DNA from: Sminthopsis crassicaudata
Lineage: Eukaryota
DNA length: 64,000 nt
NCBI RefSeq assembly: GCF_048593235.1
Contig: NC_133620.1
Location: forward strand, 465,587,261 to 465,651,260
Direction: 5' to 3'
Position 1 is the stretch's first letter. Each line of letters starts with the position of its first letter. The translations under genes and the position numbers were made by a program. The notes beneath the pieces were generated by a model. That model did not search any database, had not been told where the DNA came from, and saw only the letters and a list, made by a program, of their open reading frames with translations. This document shows positions 13,144 through 25,332 of the stretch, piece after piece.

Positions 13144-14205
13144 AAAGTCCTCATTTTATTAAAAAATATTTTTTCTCCTCATTATGAACTTGACAAACCA
13201 GAACATTTTAATACCCATTTTATGGATGAGAAGACTAAGACTAAGAAGGGTGCTTGATTCCCAGGTGCCAGAGAGAGCTCTTCAGCCTGAAATTTCACTC
13301 ACTCCCGGAGGCCCCTCCACCCTTTGGCCTCTTCCTCTGTTTTAAGGAGGATGCTCAGGTCGGTCATCTTTACAGCCTTCCAGGAGGCTCTCCTGACTTT
13401 CTCCATCCCCTTCCCTTGGTCTTTCCACCTTCTTTCATGTGGCTCTCCCTTCATTAGAATATAAGCTGCTTGAATTGCTCATGCTTAGCCTTGGCAAGGG
13501 TGAATGTTGAAAATGATCATTTTCAATCTAGGCTCATGTTTTGGGAAAAAAAAGCTAAAAAATAAATAATATTTTGTTCTTTCAAAGACAATTAAAAAAT
13601 ATAGACTTCTTAAGGACAGGGTCTGTTCTTTCTGCTTCTATTTGTATTCTCGGAACTTAGCATGATGCCCTGTATACAGTAAGAGCCTAATAAATGCTGA
13701 TTGGCTTGGTTTGGCATGAGAAAGGTTAATTGGCTCTCTAGAATGGATCATAACCAGGATTTGAATCCTTCTGCCGCTCATCAGTAAATGGGTCTGAATT
13801 GCACTCCTAAGGCCGGACAGGTTTCCTGTTTTTTCAGAAAAGGGAGAATTCTCTCTCTCCTGGGCTTGGGGAAAGCGGGCTGAGGCCATAGGATTGGGTG
13901 AATGACTGGAAATCTCTCCCACTCAGGCCTCCAAGAAGCTTTGAGTCCTTAATGCTTTTTGTGCCCGTGGCCCCCCACAGCAGGATCTGAGGATCCCCAG
14001 GAGGACCCAGCACACGGATACAGCCATCACAGCATTTTTCGGAAGGACCCCACATTCAGAGAGGAGTGGGCAGACAGGCTGGGGTGACTGGGCAGCTGGG
14101 TTCTGCATGGTCCTGGATGGCAGTCCTCTCTACCTCACCCCCTTGGACCCCCCGGCTACCTGGTCATCCCTGGTTTGGGCGGGGGGCCGGGAGGGGGACA
14201 CTCAC

Positions 14206-14322
14206 GTGACTGGGGTAGCTCTGGAGGAACTTGATTTTCTCATACAGCTTGATGTTGTCGGCTCGAAGGTTGTCCAGCTCACTCTGTAGGGCCTGGATAG
14301 TGTGCTGGGTCAGGCGGCTCTC
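14206..14322 (-). CDS. CUX1: CASP-specific exon 4 (exon 18)
   Basis: 117 nt, ccccag|GAG ... CAC|gtgagt. ESRLTQHTIQALQSELDNLRADNIKLYEKIKFLQSYPSH contains the CASP_C motif LRADNIKLYEKIKFLQSY. Confidence 0.97.
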
Positions 14323-14856
14323 CTGGGGGGAGGGGGCAGAGAAGGAGTGGATTATATAATACCAGGGAGCCTTTCAGAACAGATGCATCTTAAGGACCTC
14401 TCTTTGAACCCCTCCATGCTTAACAGAGTGCCTGCATACAGTAGGTGCTTAATAAATGCTTATTGACCAATTATGAAATGACTTTGCTTTAAAAAAAGAA
14501 CTGGTGGATGACCTCATCCAGATTCCCCTGAAACAAGCTTGGACAACCCCTATTTATGTACTTCCTAATTGGAGGACAGAAACTGAAGCTGGGATTTCCT
14601 GGGAAAGGAAACTCCCTTTTTTCTGCACTCAGGCACCTTCTCCATCACTCAGTAGTCTCGAATCACCCAGCTTGTATATGTCAGAGGTGAGATTGGAACC
14701 CAAGTCTTGATGATTCTGAGGCTGGTTCTGCCATGGGACCCCTAATATTCAGGAACGGGCCCTCCTCAGGCTGGACTGTTGGGGGGATTTCCCCATGACC
14801 CCATGGGGCTCAGGAGCCAGAGCCTCTCCTGACCACCTGCCGATGCATCGACTTAC

Positions 14857-14969
14857 CGCCTCCAGCTCCTGGTTCCTCACTCGGAAGCGCTCCCTCTGGC
14901 TGGAGATGATGGACAGCAGAGAGTCCACCTGGCCTTCTGGGAGCCCGGCGCTGGCAGTCGGGGTGTACC
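14857..14969 (-). CDS. CUX1: CASP-specific exon 3 (exon 17)
   Basis: 113 nt, ttctag|GG ... GCG|gtaagt. (G)YTPTASAGLPEGQVDSLLSIISSQRERFRVRNQELEA. Confidence 0.96.
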
Positions 14970-15358
14970 CTAGAAAGGAACGTTCACTGAGAGGGGATCC
15001 ACGGAAAGCTGGAGCAGAGGGAGAAGAAGGACTTGACCGGGGTCACACAGGCAAGAGAGAGGCAGGGATGGGATTGGAGCTCACAGAGCCCCTTCTCTCC
15101 CCAAACTTGGGTCTCACCTCCAGGAACCATTTCCTGGACCCCCATATAGCCCTGGAACTCAGAGCTGGGGAGTTTAAATCTATCTGTTGCTACCTGGGCA
15201 AGTCACTCCGTTCCCCCTCTGTAAAATGGAGAGAAAGCCCTTCCAGCTCTCCACCTAGAATCCCCCAAGTCCGTGTCCTTCAGATCCAGGGCCAGGCAGG
15301 GGTAAAATAAAAAAGTAAAAGCCTTGGAGACTTATTGTCAAGGTTTAAGAATAATGAT

Positions 15359-15500
15359 GGGGAAACTAGGTGGCGCAGTGGTTAGAGCACCAGCCCTGAA
15401 GTCAGGAGGACCTGAGTTCAAATATGATCTCCATTTAACACTTTCTAGCTGTGTGGCCCTGGGCAAGTCACTTAACCCCAACTGCCTCAGGGGTAAAAAA
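15359..15500 (+). mobile_element. WSINE1-type short CORE-SINE
   Basis: ggggaaactaggtggcgcagtggttagagcaccagccctgaagtcaggaggacctgagttcaaat ... aaccccaactgcctcagg plus A-tail. Confidence 0.88.
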
Positions 15501-16303
15501 AGATTATAGAGAGTGTTAATAATGTATATGAAGCTTAAAGGTATATTGTGCATATATGTATGTGTGTGTATGTATGTATATATGTATACACACATATGTA
15601 GAGAGAGTTGATTGCTGACATCCCTGGAGGGAAGCGCTTCCTTGGGAATTTGTACCCCCATTATAAGGGAGAGTCACCAAGCTAGTTCTTTACCTGAAGG
15701 TCCATAAGCCCAAGCTGGCCTTGGCCCTCAAAGGCCCACTAAGTGTTCAGATCACTAATCCTGGGTCCTCTCTCCATCCCTCTGGTTAACTAATGGTGAT
15801 CTTGCCAGGGCTTCTGTTTGTTAGTGTCATGCCTTGGACCTACTGTGTATTAATCTAATTTATATTTATTAGGTTTTGATAATGTATTCATGTTCTTCGT
15901 CCTGGTAGGACGTAAGCTCCTGGAGGGCTGGATCTGTTTCCGTTGTTGTCTTGGTATTCCCAGTGCCTTGCACATAGTAGGTGTTCAACCACTGGTTGTT
16001 GGTAGATTCATGGAGCATAATCTCCAGGAGGACCGAGTCTATTTCCTCCTGTGCTTGTCTCCAGGACACAGTCCTAGGTCCTTAATGGGACCCCTCCACA
16101 ATAGGCTTGTTGATAAATTTAATGTGAATTTCTTGAGAGCAGAGATTTTGGTTTTACACAGTGCCTGGCACACAGATGGTGCTTAATAAATGTGTATAGA
16201 GTGTTTGGGCCTCAGAGAAGCTGAGAACCTCTAGTCACAGCTCCTGTTGTCTTTTCCCTGTGATTTCGGGAAGGAGAACGCTGTTCAACATTCAAGGTCT
16301 TAC

Positions 16304-16370
16304 CATAGAAGAGGGCTGTGGCTTCCTTAATGGGCTCGGGAATCTTCTCCAGACGGTGCTCTGATGCTCC
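16304..16370 (-). CDS. CUX1: CASP-specific exon 2 (exon 16)
   Basis: 67 nt, ctcag|GGA ... TATG|gtaag. GASEHRLEKIPEPIKEATALFY(G). Confidence 0.96.
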
Positions 16371-16805
16371 CTGAGGACGGGAAGAAAATAAAATTTGTGA
16401 GCAGTTCTGGGGGGACCAGAATGGGCTGAACGGGTCCTGGGTGCTCGGTAAATATTTATAGGAGGAATGGGAGTTGGAGTCTAAGAATGGGACTCTTCCT
16501 TACCTCTAGGGGGAGCTCTGTTGGAATTTACCTGCAGAAGGAAAGCTTCCTGAGGGCAGGGAAGCATCCTGAGTTTATTCTCACTAGTGTGAGAAGGGAT
16601 AACATGTAGTAATAATAAGATTGTTGGGACCAGCTTAATGGAGGAACTTGCACTTGCACTGGCCGTGATTGGATGGAGTGCCTTGGTTGGAGGGGAGCTG
16701 GATCAGGGGCAGGATGAGGGGATCAGACCCAGAGAAGGAGAGAAGAGTGGGACCTAAAGGCTACTTAAGACCCCCAGAGCCCAAACCAGAAGTAGGAGAG
16801 CTGAC

Positions 16806-16933
16806 CTCGGCATCTGGGCGCTGGATGGACTGGATGGTGCTCAGGTCCTGCTCTAGCCGGGTAATCAGCTGCTTCTGCTCAGCCACGGTGGACACGGCCT
16901 CAGAGAACTGGACCTGGAGGTCAGCACAGCGGC
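16806..16933 (-). CDS. CUX1: CASP-specific exon 1 (CASP exon 15), coiled coil
   Basis: 128 nt, ccatag|GC ... GAG|gtcag. (G)RCADLQVQFSEAVSTVAEQKQLITRLEQDLSTIQSIQRPDAE matches human CASP GRCAELQVRITEAVATATEQRELIARLEQDLSIIQSIQRPDAE. Branch-point-like CTGAC with the A at 16963. Confidence 0.96.
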
Positions 16934-19030
16934 CTATGGAGACAAGCCCACAATGCCGTGGTCAGCGTGTCTTCTTGGGGCTCCCTGGTCCAGCCACCCC
17001 CACCTCCTCCTTGCCCTTCTCTGAGGGAGGCTGGGACCCCGGGTGCTCCCGGTCCTTTTCTCCCCCAGCAAAGGCTCAGCTCCCAGCTGGTCTCACCAGC
17101 CAGCCACCCACATAATGCACAACCTAGCTGGGAAGTGAAGGATGCTGGGCCATCCTCAGTATGGCCACGTTTCACCCACTCGGCTGCATCCTTTTGACTT
17201 TCAGGGACCACCACGATGCAAATCTGAGAGAATGGCGGTCTGGGACGAGATCTCAAGTCCTCTGCCTCCAAAGAGACCCGGGGGACATGGGGGTGGGGGG
17301 AATCTCAGATGTTATCTACATCACAGCCTCACCACAAAACGGCCTCCTTAAGGTCTCTAGTCATCTAGCATTTTAGCTGTGGGACCCTGGGCAAGTCACC
17401 TAACCCTGTTTGCTTCAGTTTTCTCATCTATGAAATGAGCTCAGGAGGGAAATGGGAGTGAGGGTGGCGATGTTCTGGATTGAGCCATCTCTAAGGCTCC
17501 TTCCAACCCATGGTTCCTGGGATCTATGACAAACTTTGAGAGGGAGAAGGCTTCTTAATGGAGGCAGCCCTTGAGCTAGGCTACTGCTGTGTTACTGGGC
17601 AGGGTTGGGGGGCAAGAAAGTGACACTCAATGGCAAGGTTCAGTGGCAGGAAGATGCAGGATGGGACGGAGGACAGAGAATGGTACAGGTTTAAAAGTAG
17701 TTTGTACATACCAGGCAAAGAAACCTGCCTTTAATCAATCAATTAATTAATTAGCCCATGTATCCATTTATTTAACCATTTATTCACCTCAGTGCTTGTT
17801 TGAATAGGCGCTGTACAACCACTAAAAGTGCAATGCTATGAGATCCCTCCTACTCCCCTCTTTTCCTTCTCAAATCCAACAGAACCGATTTCAAGCAACG
17901 AATGAGTGTTTATTAAATAGTCACCGGACACCAGGCATTGTGTGCTACATGCTGGGCATAAAAAGGAACCTGTTCCTGCCCTGAAGGAGCTCACCATCTC
18001 CCAGAGGTGCCATACATACACACAAGTAGATACGAAATGTATGAAGAATAATTCTGGGGTCACTGGGTGTGAGCGGGGCTCCTAGCAGCTGGTGAAGCTC
18101 GGGGTCCTGATCTAGGAGGTGGCGCCTGAGCTGGACTTTGAGGGTTAGAGCTCTAAAAAGGAGACGTGAAAAGGATTACACCCCAGGACAACGCCTGAAA
18201 AAGCACATTTAGAGGAGAGGGAATACTGAAGATGAGAAAGCCAGTTGTGATGCATTGTGGAGTATGAAAAGGGGCAAAGTATATTCCAAGGCTGGGGAAG
18301 GAGGCTAGGGCTGGGCTCTCTCAAAGCCAGAGGAGTCTATTTGATCCTGGAGGTAATAGGGATCCACTGCAGCTTCTTGAGCAAGGGAGTAGTGATGTGG
18401 TCACCTCAAAATTCTTGTGCTCTAGGGAAATCCCTTTGGCTGCTGAATGGAAGAGGGCAGATGGGGGGAAATCTCATCCCTTAGTGGGAGGGGGCCTGCT
18501 AGGAGTGGCACCTTCTAACCTTGGGACTCAAGCTCTATTCATTGTCAAGGTGTACACTAAGGGAAAGGGAGGCTAGTCCATTCGACTTTTCACTGTCCTA
18601 CTTAAACTGTGGGTGGTGACCATATAGGGTCATGTAACTGAAATTGTGAATAATCATCAGTAAATGCTTGATTTGTACACATCTGGGGTCACGGAAAAAT
18701 TTCTTGGATGGAAAGGGGTCATGAGTGGAAAAAGTCTAAGAAGACTTGCTTTAGGTGACCCTCAGACTCAGATGTAAAGCCGGTCCCAATCTACATTGGT
18801 AAGAGGGTTAAGTATGGGGTTTCTACATTGAAGTTCCCTACACTGATTACATTATAGCATCTATAGCTAGGGACTGGATTCTTAAATTCATAGGAAAAAC
18901 TTCCAAAAGGTCCTCGAACAATGGCCTTAATTTTCAAATCTGACCTTTTTTCTTCCTTAAGTACCATCCATCTCAGCTTCTCTTTGCTACTAGACTGGAC
19001 ATTTTCTCTTCTTTGGATTTCCTATTAATC

Positions 19031-19341
19031 TTTTTTTTTCCCCTGAGGCTGGGGTTAAGTGACTTGCCCAGGGTCACACAGCTAGGAAGTGTTAAGTGTC
19101 TGAGACCACATTTGAACTTGGATCCTCCTGAATTCAAGGCTGGTGCTCTATCCACTGCTCCACCTAGCTGCCCCTTAAAGGAAGAGAGGATTTTGTATTT
19201 TTTTTTTTTTTGAAGCTGGAGTTAAGTGACTTGCCCAGGGTCACACAGCCAGGAAGTGTTAAGTGTCTGAGACCAGATTTGAACTCGGGTCCTCCTGAAT
19301 TCAAGGCTGGTGCTCTATCTACTGCGCCACCTCGCTGCCCC
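19031..19341 (-). mobile_element. Two head-to-tail WSINE1 copies (19040-19174 and 19212-19341) inside one 17-bp TSD
   Basis: Flanks tggatttcctattaatc (19014-19030) and tgtatttcctattactc (19342-19358), 15/17 identical. Confidence 0.85.
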
Positions 19342-19359
19342 TGTATTTCCTATTACTCT

Positions 19360-20150
19360 CTCCCAGTTTTCTTCCTCCCTCTCTGATCACACCTCTGCTG
19401 GTTCATCTGTCACTGCAGAAGGTCCATTCCAGGGCTTCTGGTCTTCTTTCTCTACATTGTTTCTCTGTGATCTCAGACACCAGCAGCTGATGAACGTCAA
19501 TCACCATGTTGACAACGCCCAGGTTTAGATACCTAGCCCGTTTCTCTCCTGAATTTCATTCCCATCTCCCCCGTTTCCAACTGGTGGACGTCCCAGAGAC
19601 GTCTCAAATTCAGAAGGTCCAAAACCGAACTCATCTTTGTCCCCAAATCCAGAGTCTTATCTTTCTCTCAAAGGCACCATCATCCTTCCAGTCCCCTGAG
19701 TCTGTAACCTTTTAACTCGTCACTCCATGAATCCAACCAGTTGCCAAATCTCCCTGTTTCTACGTACAGTCTCCCACTTCAAACCTCCTCACTCCCCCCT
19801 AGTTCAGAACTTCGACACAAACTGCCTCTTAACTGGTCTCCCTGCCCCAAGTCTCTTCCCAGTTCCATACATCCTCCTCAGGCTGCCGCAATGAGATTTT
19901 TCTTGGGTTTAATCACTGTAGTCCCCTTTCTCAATAAATTCTAGGGGTTCCAAATTGTCCTTAGACAATCAAACATAAATTTCCTGTTTGGCTTTTAAAT
20001 CTCTTCTCGATCTTTCCCCAACTCTTTCTAGCCTTGTTGGACTTTGTTTCCCCTCTAGCACTTCGGAATCTGGCCAAACTGGAGTCATTGCTCTTCACCT
20101 TTGACACTCTCTGCCCAATCTCTGTTCCCTCACTGCCCCTCACACCAAGA
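19360..20150 (+). mobile_element. Degraded LINE-2 3' region
   Basis: Pyrimidine-rich L2-type motifs (cccatctcccc...aaaaccgaactcatc, actggtctccctgcc, tggcttttaaa). Boundaries approximate. Confidence 0.6.
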
Positions 20151-20163
20151 TTGCCCTCCTGAC

Positions 20164-20413
20164 TGTGCCCAAAGGGCTATAAAACTGCATACCCTCTAAC
20201 CTGGCAGTGCCATAACTGGGGCTGTATGCCAAGGAAATCATAAAGGAGGGAAAAGGACCCCCACATGCACAAATGTTTGTAGTGATTCTTTTTGTGGTAG
20301 CAAAGACTTGGAAATTGAATGGATGCCCATTAATTGGGGAATGGCTGAACAAGTTGTGGTTCATGAAGGTAACAATAACAATACAGAACCATATTATTGT
20401 TCTATAAAAATGA
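20164..20413 (+). mobile_element. Older LINE-1 ORF2 3' fragment
   Basis: Diverged similarity to 21680-21915 of the neighbouring L1 (e.g. aaatgtttgtag, gaatggatgccca, ggggaatgg). Confidence 0.75.
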
Positions 20414-20855
20414 ACAATTCTCCAAATGCTCTAGTGGAAGCAGGGCTTGCTTCAGTCAATGAAAACTTGCCTGGCACACAGTAGGTGCTTCTTTCCAGCT
20501 TATGATCTTAGAGCACAAACCTGCCTTTTCCGGTGTGTCTTTTGGCTTTAAATAATCAGAATAAAGCTTTAAAATAATCGGAGAAAACGCTAAATTTCAG
20601 TTAGTGGCCAACGAAAGCGAGGATGCGATTGTTTCCCCCTCCATTTCCGAGGTCCCCCTGACACCTGTCTTAGAGCCCTCTCATGGTCCCAGCTTAAGCA
20701 GCCTTGCCTAAAGGAGCTTCCTCAGTCTCACTCCTGGCGAGAACTGGACCTCAGGCCTTGGCGATCTGCCCCCTGCCCAGGGCTCCGGGCACACAAATGT
20801 TCCTTCTGAGCCACGGATCCACATCTTTGTTTTTCTAATAGAGATGAGCCTTGTC

Positions 20856-22495
20856 ACCAAAACCATTTGGTATTGGCTAAGAAATAGACTGGTTGATCAG
20901 TGGAATAGATTAGGTTTACAGGGCAAGATAGTGAATAAAAAGAGCAATCTAGTGTTTGACAAACCCAAAGATCCCAACTTTTGGGATAAGAATTCATTAT
21001 TTGACAAAAACTGCTGGGAAAACTGGAAATTAGTATGGCAGAAACTAGGCATGGACCCACATTTAACACCACATACTAAGATAAGATCAAAATGGGTCCA
21101 AGATTTAGGCATAAAGAATGAGATCATAAATAAATTAGAGGAACATAGGATAGTTTACCTCTCAGAGTTGTGGAGGAGGAAGGAATTGTGTCCAAAGGAA
21201 AACTAGAGATCATTATTGATCACAAAATAGAAAATTTTGATTACATCAAATTAAAAAGTTTCTGCACAAACAAAACTAATGCAAACAAGATTAGAAGGGA
21301 AGTAACAAATTGGGAAAACATTTTTACAGTTAAAGGTTCTGATAAAGGCCTCATCTCCAAAATACACAGAGAATTGACTCTAATTTATAAGAAATCAAGC
21401 CATTCTTCAATTGATAAATGGTCAAAGGATATGAACAGACAATTTTCAGATGATGAAATTGAAACTATTTCCACTCATATGAAAGAGTGTTCCAAATCAC
21501 TACTGATCAGAGAAATGCAAATTAAGACAACTCTGAGATATCATTACACACCTGTCAGATTGGCTAAGATGACAGGAACAAATAACGATGAATGTTGGAG
21601 GGGATGTGGGAAAACTGGGACACTGATGCATTGTTGGTGGAGTTGTGAAAGAATCCAACCATTCTGGAGAACAATCTGGAATTATGCCCAAAAAGTTATC
21701 AAACTGTGCATACTTTGGATCCAGCAGTGCTACTACTGGGCTTATATCCCAAGGAAATACTAAAGAGGGGAAAGGGACCTGTTTGTGCCAAAATGTTTGT
21801 AGCAGCTCTTTTCATAGTGGCTAGAAAACTGGAAGATGAATGGATGTCCATCAATTGGAGAATGGTTGGGTAAATTATGGTATATGAAGGTTATGGAATA
21901 TTATTCTATAAGAAATGACCAACAGGAGGAATACAGAGAGGCCTGGAGAGACTTACATCAACTGATGCTGAGTGAAATGAGCAGAACCAGAAGATCATTA
22001 TACACTTCAACAATGATACTGTACGAGGATGTATGCTGATGGAAGTGGATTTCTTCAACATAGAGAAGAGCTAATCCAATTCCAATTGATCAATGATGGA
22101 CAGAATCAGCTACACCCAGAAAAGGAACACTGGGAAATGACTGCAAACTGTGAGCATTGTTGTTTTTTTTTGTTTGTTTGTTTGTTTTTGTTTTTGTTTT
22201 GTTTTGTTTTATTTCTCTTTCCAGATTATTTTTACCTTGCTAATACAATCCTTCCTTTGCAACAACAACAACAAGATTCAGTTCTGCACATATATATTGT
22301 ACCTAGGATATACTATAAGATATTTAATATGTATGGGAATGCCTGCCATCTAGGGGAGGGGGTGGAGGGAAGGAGGGGAAAAATTCGGAACAGAAGGGAG
22401 TACAAGGGATAATGTTGTAAAAAATTACCTATGCATATGTACTGTCAAAAAAAAATGTTAGAATTATAAAATTAATAAAAAATAAATTAAAAAAA
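20856..22495 (+). mobile_element. 5'-truncated LINE-1 (ORF2 C-terminus, 3' UTR, poly-A) with 16-bp TSD
   Basis: Three frameshifted ORF2 pieces (20844-21206, 21170-21763, 21836-22039) including the CCHC motif CWRGCGKTGTLMHCWWSC. A-rich tail. Perfect TSD agagatgagccttgtc at 20840-20855 and 22496-22511. Confidence 0.95.
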
Positions 22496-24479
22496 AGAGA
22501 TGAGCCTTGTCCGGGAGGATCACCTGGGAAGGAGAGAACGGGCCAGATGCTTCCCATCTCCCAGGGGTTTCAGGCCAGGAACACAAATGGGGTTCCCGGT
22601 TTCAGTTTGATTTGGGTTTCCCTCTAGCCCAAGGCTGGCACATTATAGGACCACCAGAGGGCTCTGCGGCTTCAGAAATGGCCAGAGCTCCTCACTCCTA
22701 GAACTTGCACCACCTGTTAAAGAGTTCCTGCTAAAGTTGCCTGGAGGGCTTGGCCGGGGGCCCCCACCCCCTCTCCCTGCTTTTCCCCTCCCCCCCAGGG
22801 GCTGGGCTACTAAGGGGGGGGTCTGTCCAGCTCGGGGCTGCATTGTCCATCTGGGCTAGGAAGTTGGGTCAGGGTATGGGCCACCCGGATCTCTCTGGTC
22901 AAAACTGAGAACAAATATCTCTATACTTAAATAGGAAAGTAAACAAGTGACTAAGGTTCCAGACTCCCATGGTGGGCAGCTGAAGAAAGGAAACAAGCAT
23001 TAATTAGGCACCGCCTGTATGCTAGCATTGGGTGCTGGGTGACCTGGGTTGGACTCGGTACATCTCCCCAGTAGACCATAAGCTCTCTCAGGTAAGGACT
23101 GTGTATTCACTTATTTATTCTGGGATCTCCCATAAGTAAGAGTCGGGCTCATAGTAGATCCTTCCCTAGGTTCAGCTTTTTCTTCGGGAAAGTGGCCTGG
23201 GTGATGGTGTTTCCCAGGTCGGGAATTCCCGGAGTCCCTTACTCAGCTTCCCAAGCAGCCCAGGATCCTGCCCCTGTCCCAGTGGCCGAGTAGGGGGCAG
23301 GGCCATGGGCATCCCACGCTTGCTCTAGGCCGTGCCCATTCCCCGGAGGAAGAGGGGAGGGCATCGGGTCATTCAGAAGGCCAAGGCCGGGAGGCCGGTA
23401 CTTCATATAGGAGATGCCCATCAGAACACGGGAGGAGCCGGCTAGCTGTGGGCACAGGTGCCAACCGGCCAACCCTTGACCTGAGCCGTCACTGATCAGG
23501 TGCCAGGCTTATTTTCGGCTCATGTAGGATTCAGAGCTGAAGAAAACCTTGGAGAACATTTATTTGGGGGCCCTCCTTCTACAGAGTAGAAAGATCTACC
23601 AGGGGCCAGGGGTGTGTCCAGTGCTGAGTGGCCAGGAATGGTTTCTGGTTCAAAACATCATGAGGAAGGTTTCCAATTCAATTTGAGTCTAACAGCTTGT
23701 GTTTTAAAAGAATATTTGAGTGGGTGGACCTAGCTTTGAATGCCAAGTGTGTCACTCACTACCTGTGTGTCCCTTTCCTGAGCCTCAGTTTCCCTTTTTG
23801 TAAAATGAGGGGGATGGACAAGATGGCCTCTCAAATATCTCTAAGACTCTAAGCCCCTTCCCTGGGCCTCAGTTTCCCCATCCCTATAACCCAAGAGGTT
23901 AGAAGAGCTCATCTCTGAAATCATGGTACAGACAAAGTATACGATCCATGGACAAACGTTTACTAGTCCCTGTGATGTGCTGGGTATTGAGAAACATGGT
24001 GAGGAACAGAAAGCCCCCAGCAAGGCAGTCCCCACCCAGAGGGGCTCACAGTGTCCCGAGGACATAGATACAACGCCCATGCAACTAAAGAAAATGGCCC
24101 GGAACGCGGAGGAACGCCAAGAGGAAGGGAATGGAAGCATCAGGAAATGTCTGGTGGAGGAAGCGGCGCTGGAGCCGTGCCCACAGGCACTGGTGGAGTG
24201 CCCAGATAATGAAAGGCAGATGAGTTCACAAGGAAAGTCTAAAATTAATTTATTTTTGTTAAAGGAACAATAAAATGGGAGGGAGCCAAGCCTGGATTGA
24301 GCCACCTCTGAGTTTCATATGGAGCAAGTTGGGTCCCTCTGCCATTAACTAGTGCCAGGGTCTCCCCGGGCAGCCCTTCTGGCTCCCGGGATGGGCTTTT
24401 GCGCCTGGGGTTGTTTGCCACGTGTGTGGGTCACGATGGACGTACGTATAGGTGTACACAGAGATGTATGTATTGGCTC

Positions 24480-24710
24480 TGAGGTGCTGCCACAGAGCAC
24501 AGAGTCAGGAATACTCCTCCTCCAGAGTTCAAATCCAGCCGGAGACATTGCTAGCTCTGTGACCCTGAACCGGCCATTTTATCCTATTTGTCTCAGTTTC
24601 CTCATCTGTAAAATGAACTGGAGAAGAAAATGGCCAAATGCTCCTGTGTTTTAGCCAAGAAAACCCCAAATGGAGTCACAAAGAATCAGACACAATCCAA
24701 CAACAACAAT
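24480..24710 (+). mobile_element. MAR1-type CORE-SINE (RTE-derived tail)
   Basis: CORE ctcagtttcctcatctgtaaaatg followed by the RTE-like tail ctggagaagaaaatggc...gccaagaaaaccccaaatggagtcacaaagaatcagacac and (caa)n. Confidence 0.75.
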
Positions 24711-25115
24711 CCATCTCTCTACAGATACATATATGTAAATATACACGCATATGTTATCTACACAGCAAGTTATCACATGCATGCATATGGCACATGTACA
24801 TGGTTTCCATAATCACGTATCTTTTTATGGCAACAAAGGCTGTACGGACATTCGAGCCCAACTGATCCTCAGGAGAGTCTTGTAAGGTAGGATTTTAGTG
24901 GAGATAGAAAATGATTTGTACATATATAGATTTTTATAGCTATTTATATATGTAAGTATGCATCTATTCCCCAATCAGTTAACTCACTTGCAAACCAGCA
25001 GGGAGTTTAGGTCCTGAAATTTCTGGCTAAATGGCCAAACTGTGGACAATTCTGGGATTTTTATGGTGTTGAGAGAACGCTTTCTCTTGAAGTCTTATTA
25101 GTTGTGTTAGTGGGT

Positions 25116-25332
25116 GAGGGAAAAAAAAAAGAAGAGAAGGAAGGGAGAGAGAGAGAAAGAAAGAAGGAATAAAAAAAGAAGGAAAGGAAGGAATAAAGAT
25201 AGGAGGGGGAAAAATGGAAGGAAGGAAGGAGGGAAGAAGGAAACAAAGAAAGGAAGGAAGAAAAGAAGGGAGAAGAAAAAGAAAGCAAGAAAAGGAGGAA
25301 AGAAAAGAAGGAAGATAAAGAGAGGAAGAAAG
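25116..25332. repeat. Polypurine (GGAA/GAAA-type) low-complexity tract; similar tracts at about 4270-4375, 47340-47520 and, as pyrimidines, 37637-37760
   Basis: Almost only A and G on the + strand. Confidence 0.9.

Noticed and set aside
15359-15430. tRNA-like A/B boxes (also 13017, 19040-19341 and 28017)
   Set aside because: They are tRNA-derived SINE heads followed by CORE sequence and an A-tail, with no cloverleaf acceptor stem.
20844-22039. Active L1 or domesticated ORF2 gene
   Set aside because: 5'-truncated, lacks the endonuclease and most of the RT domain, and is split by frameshifts.
23841-24305. Opposing 154-aa and 116-aa ORFs
   Set aside because: They overlap decayed MIR and L2 sequence, with no splice-supported or homologous protein recognised.
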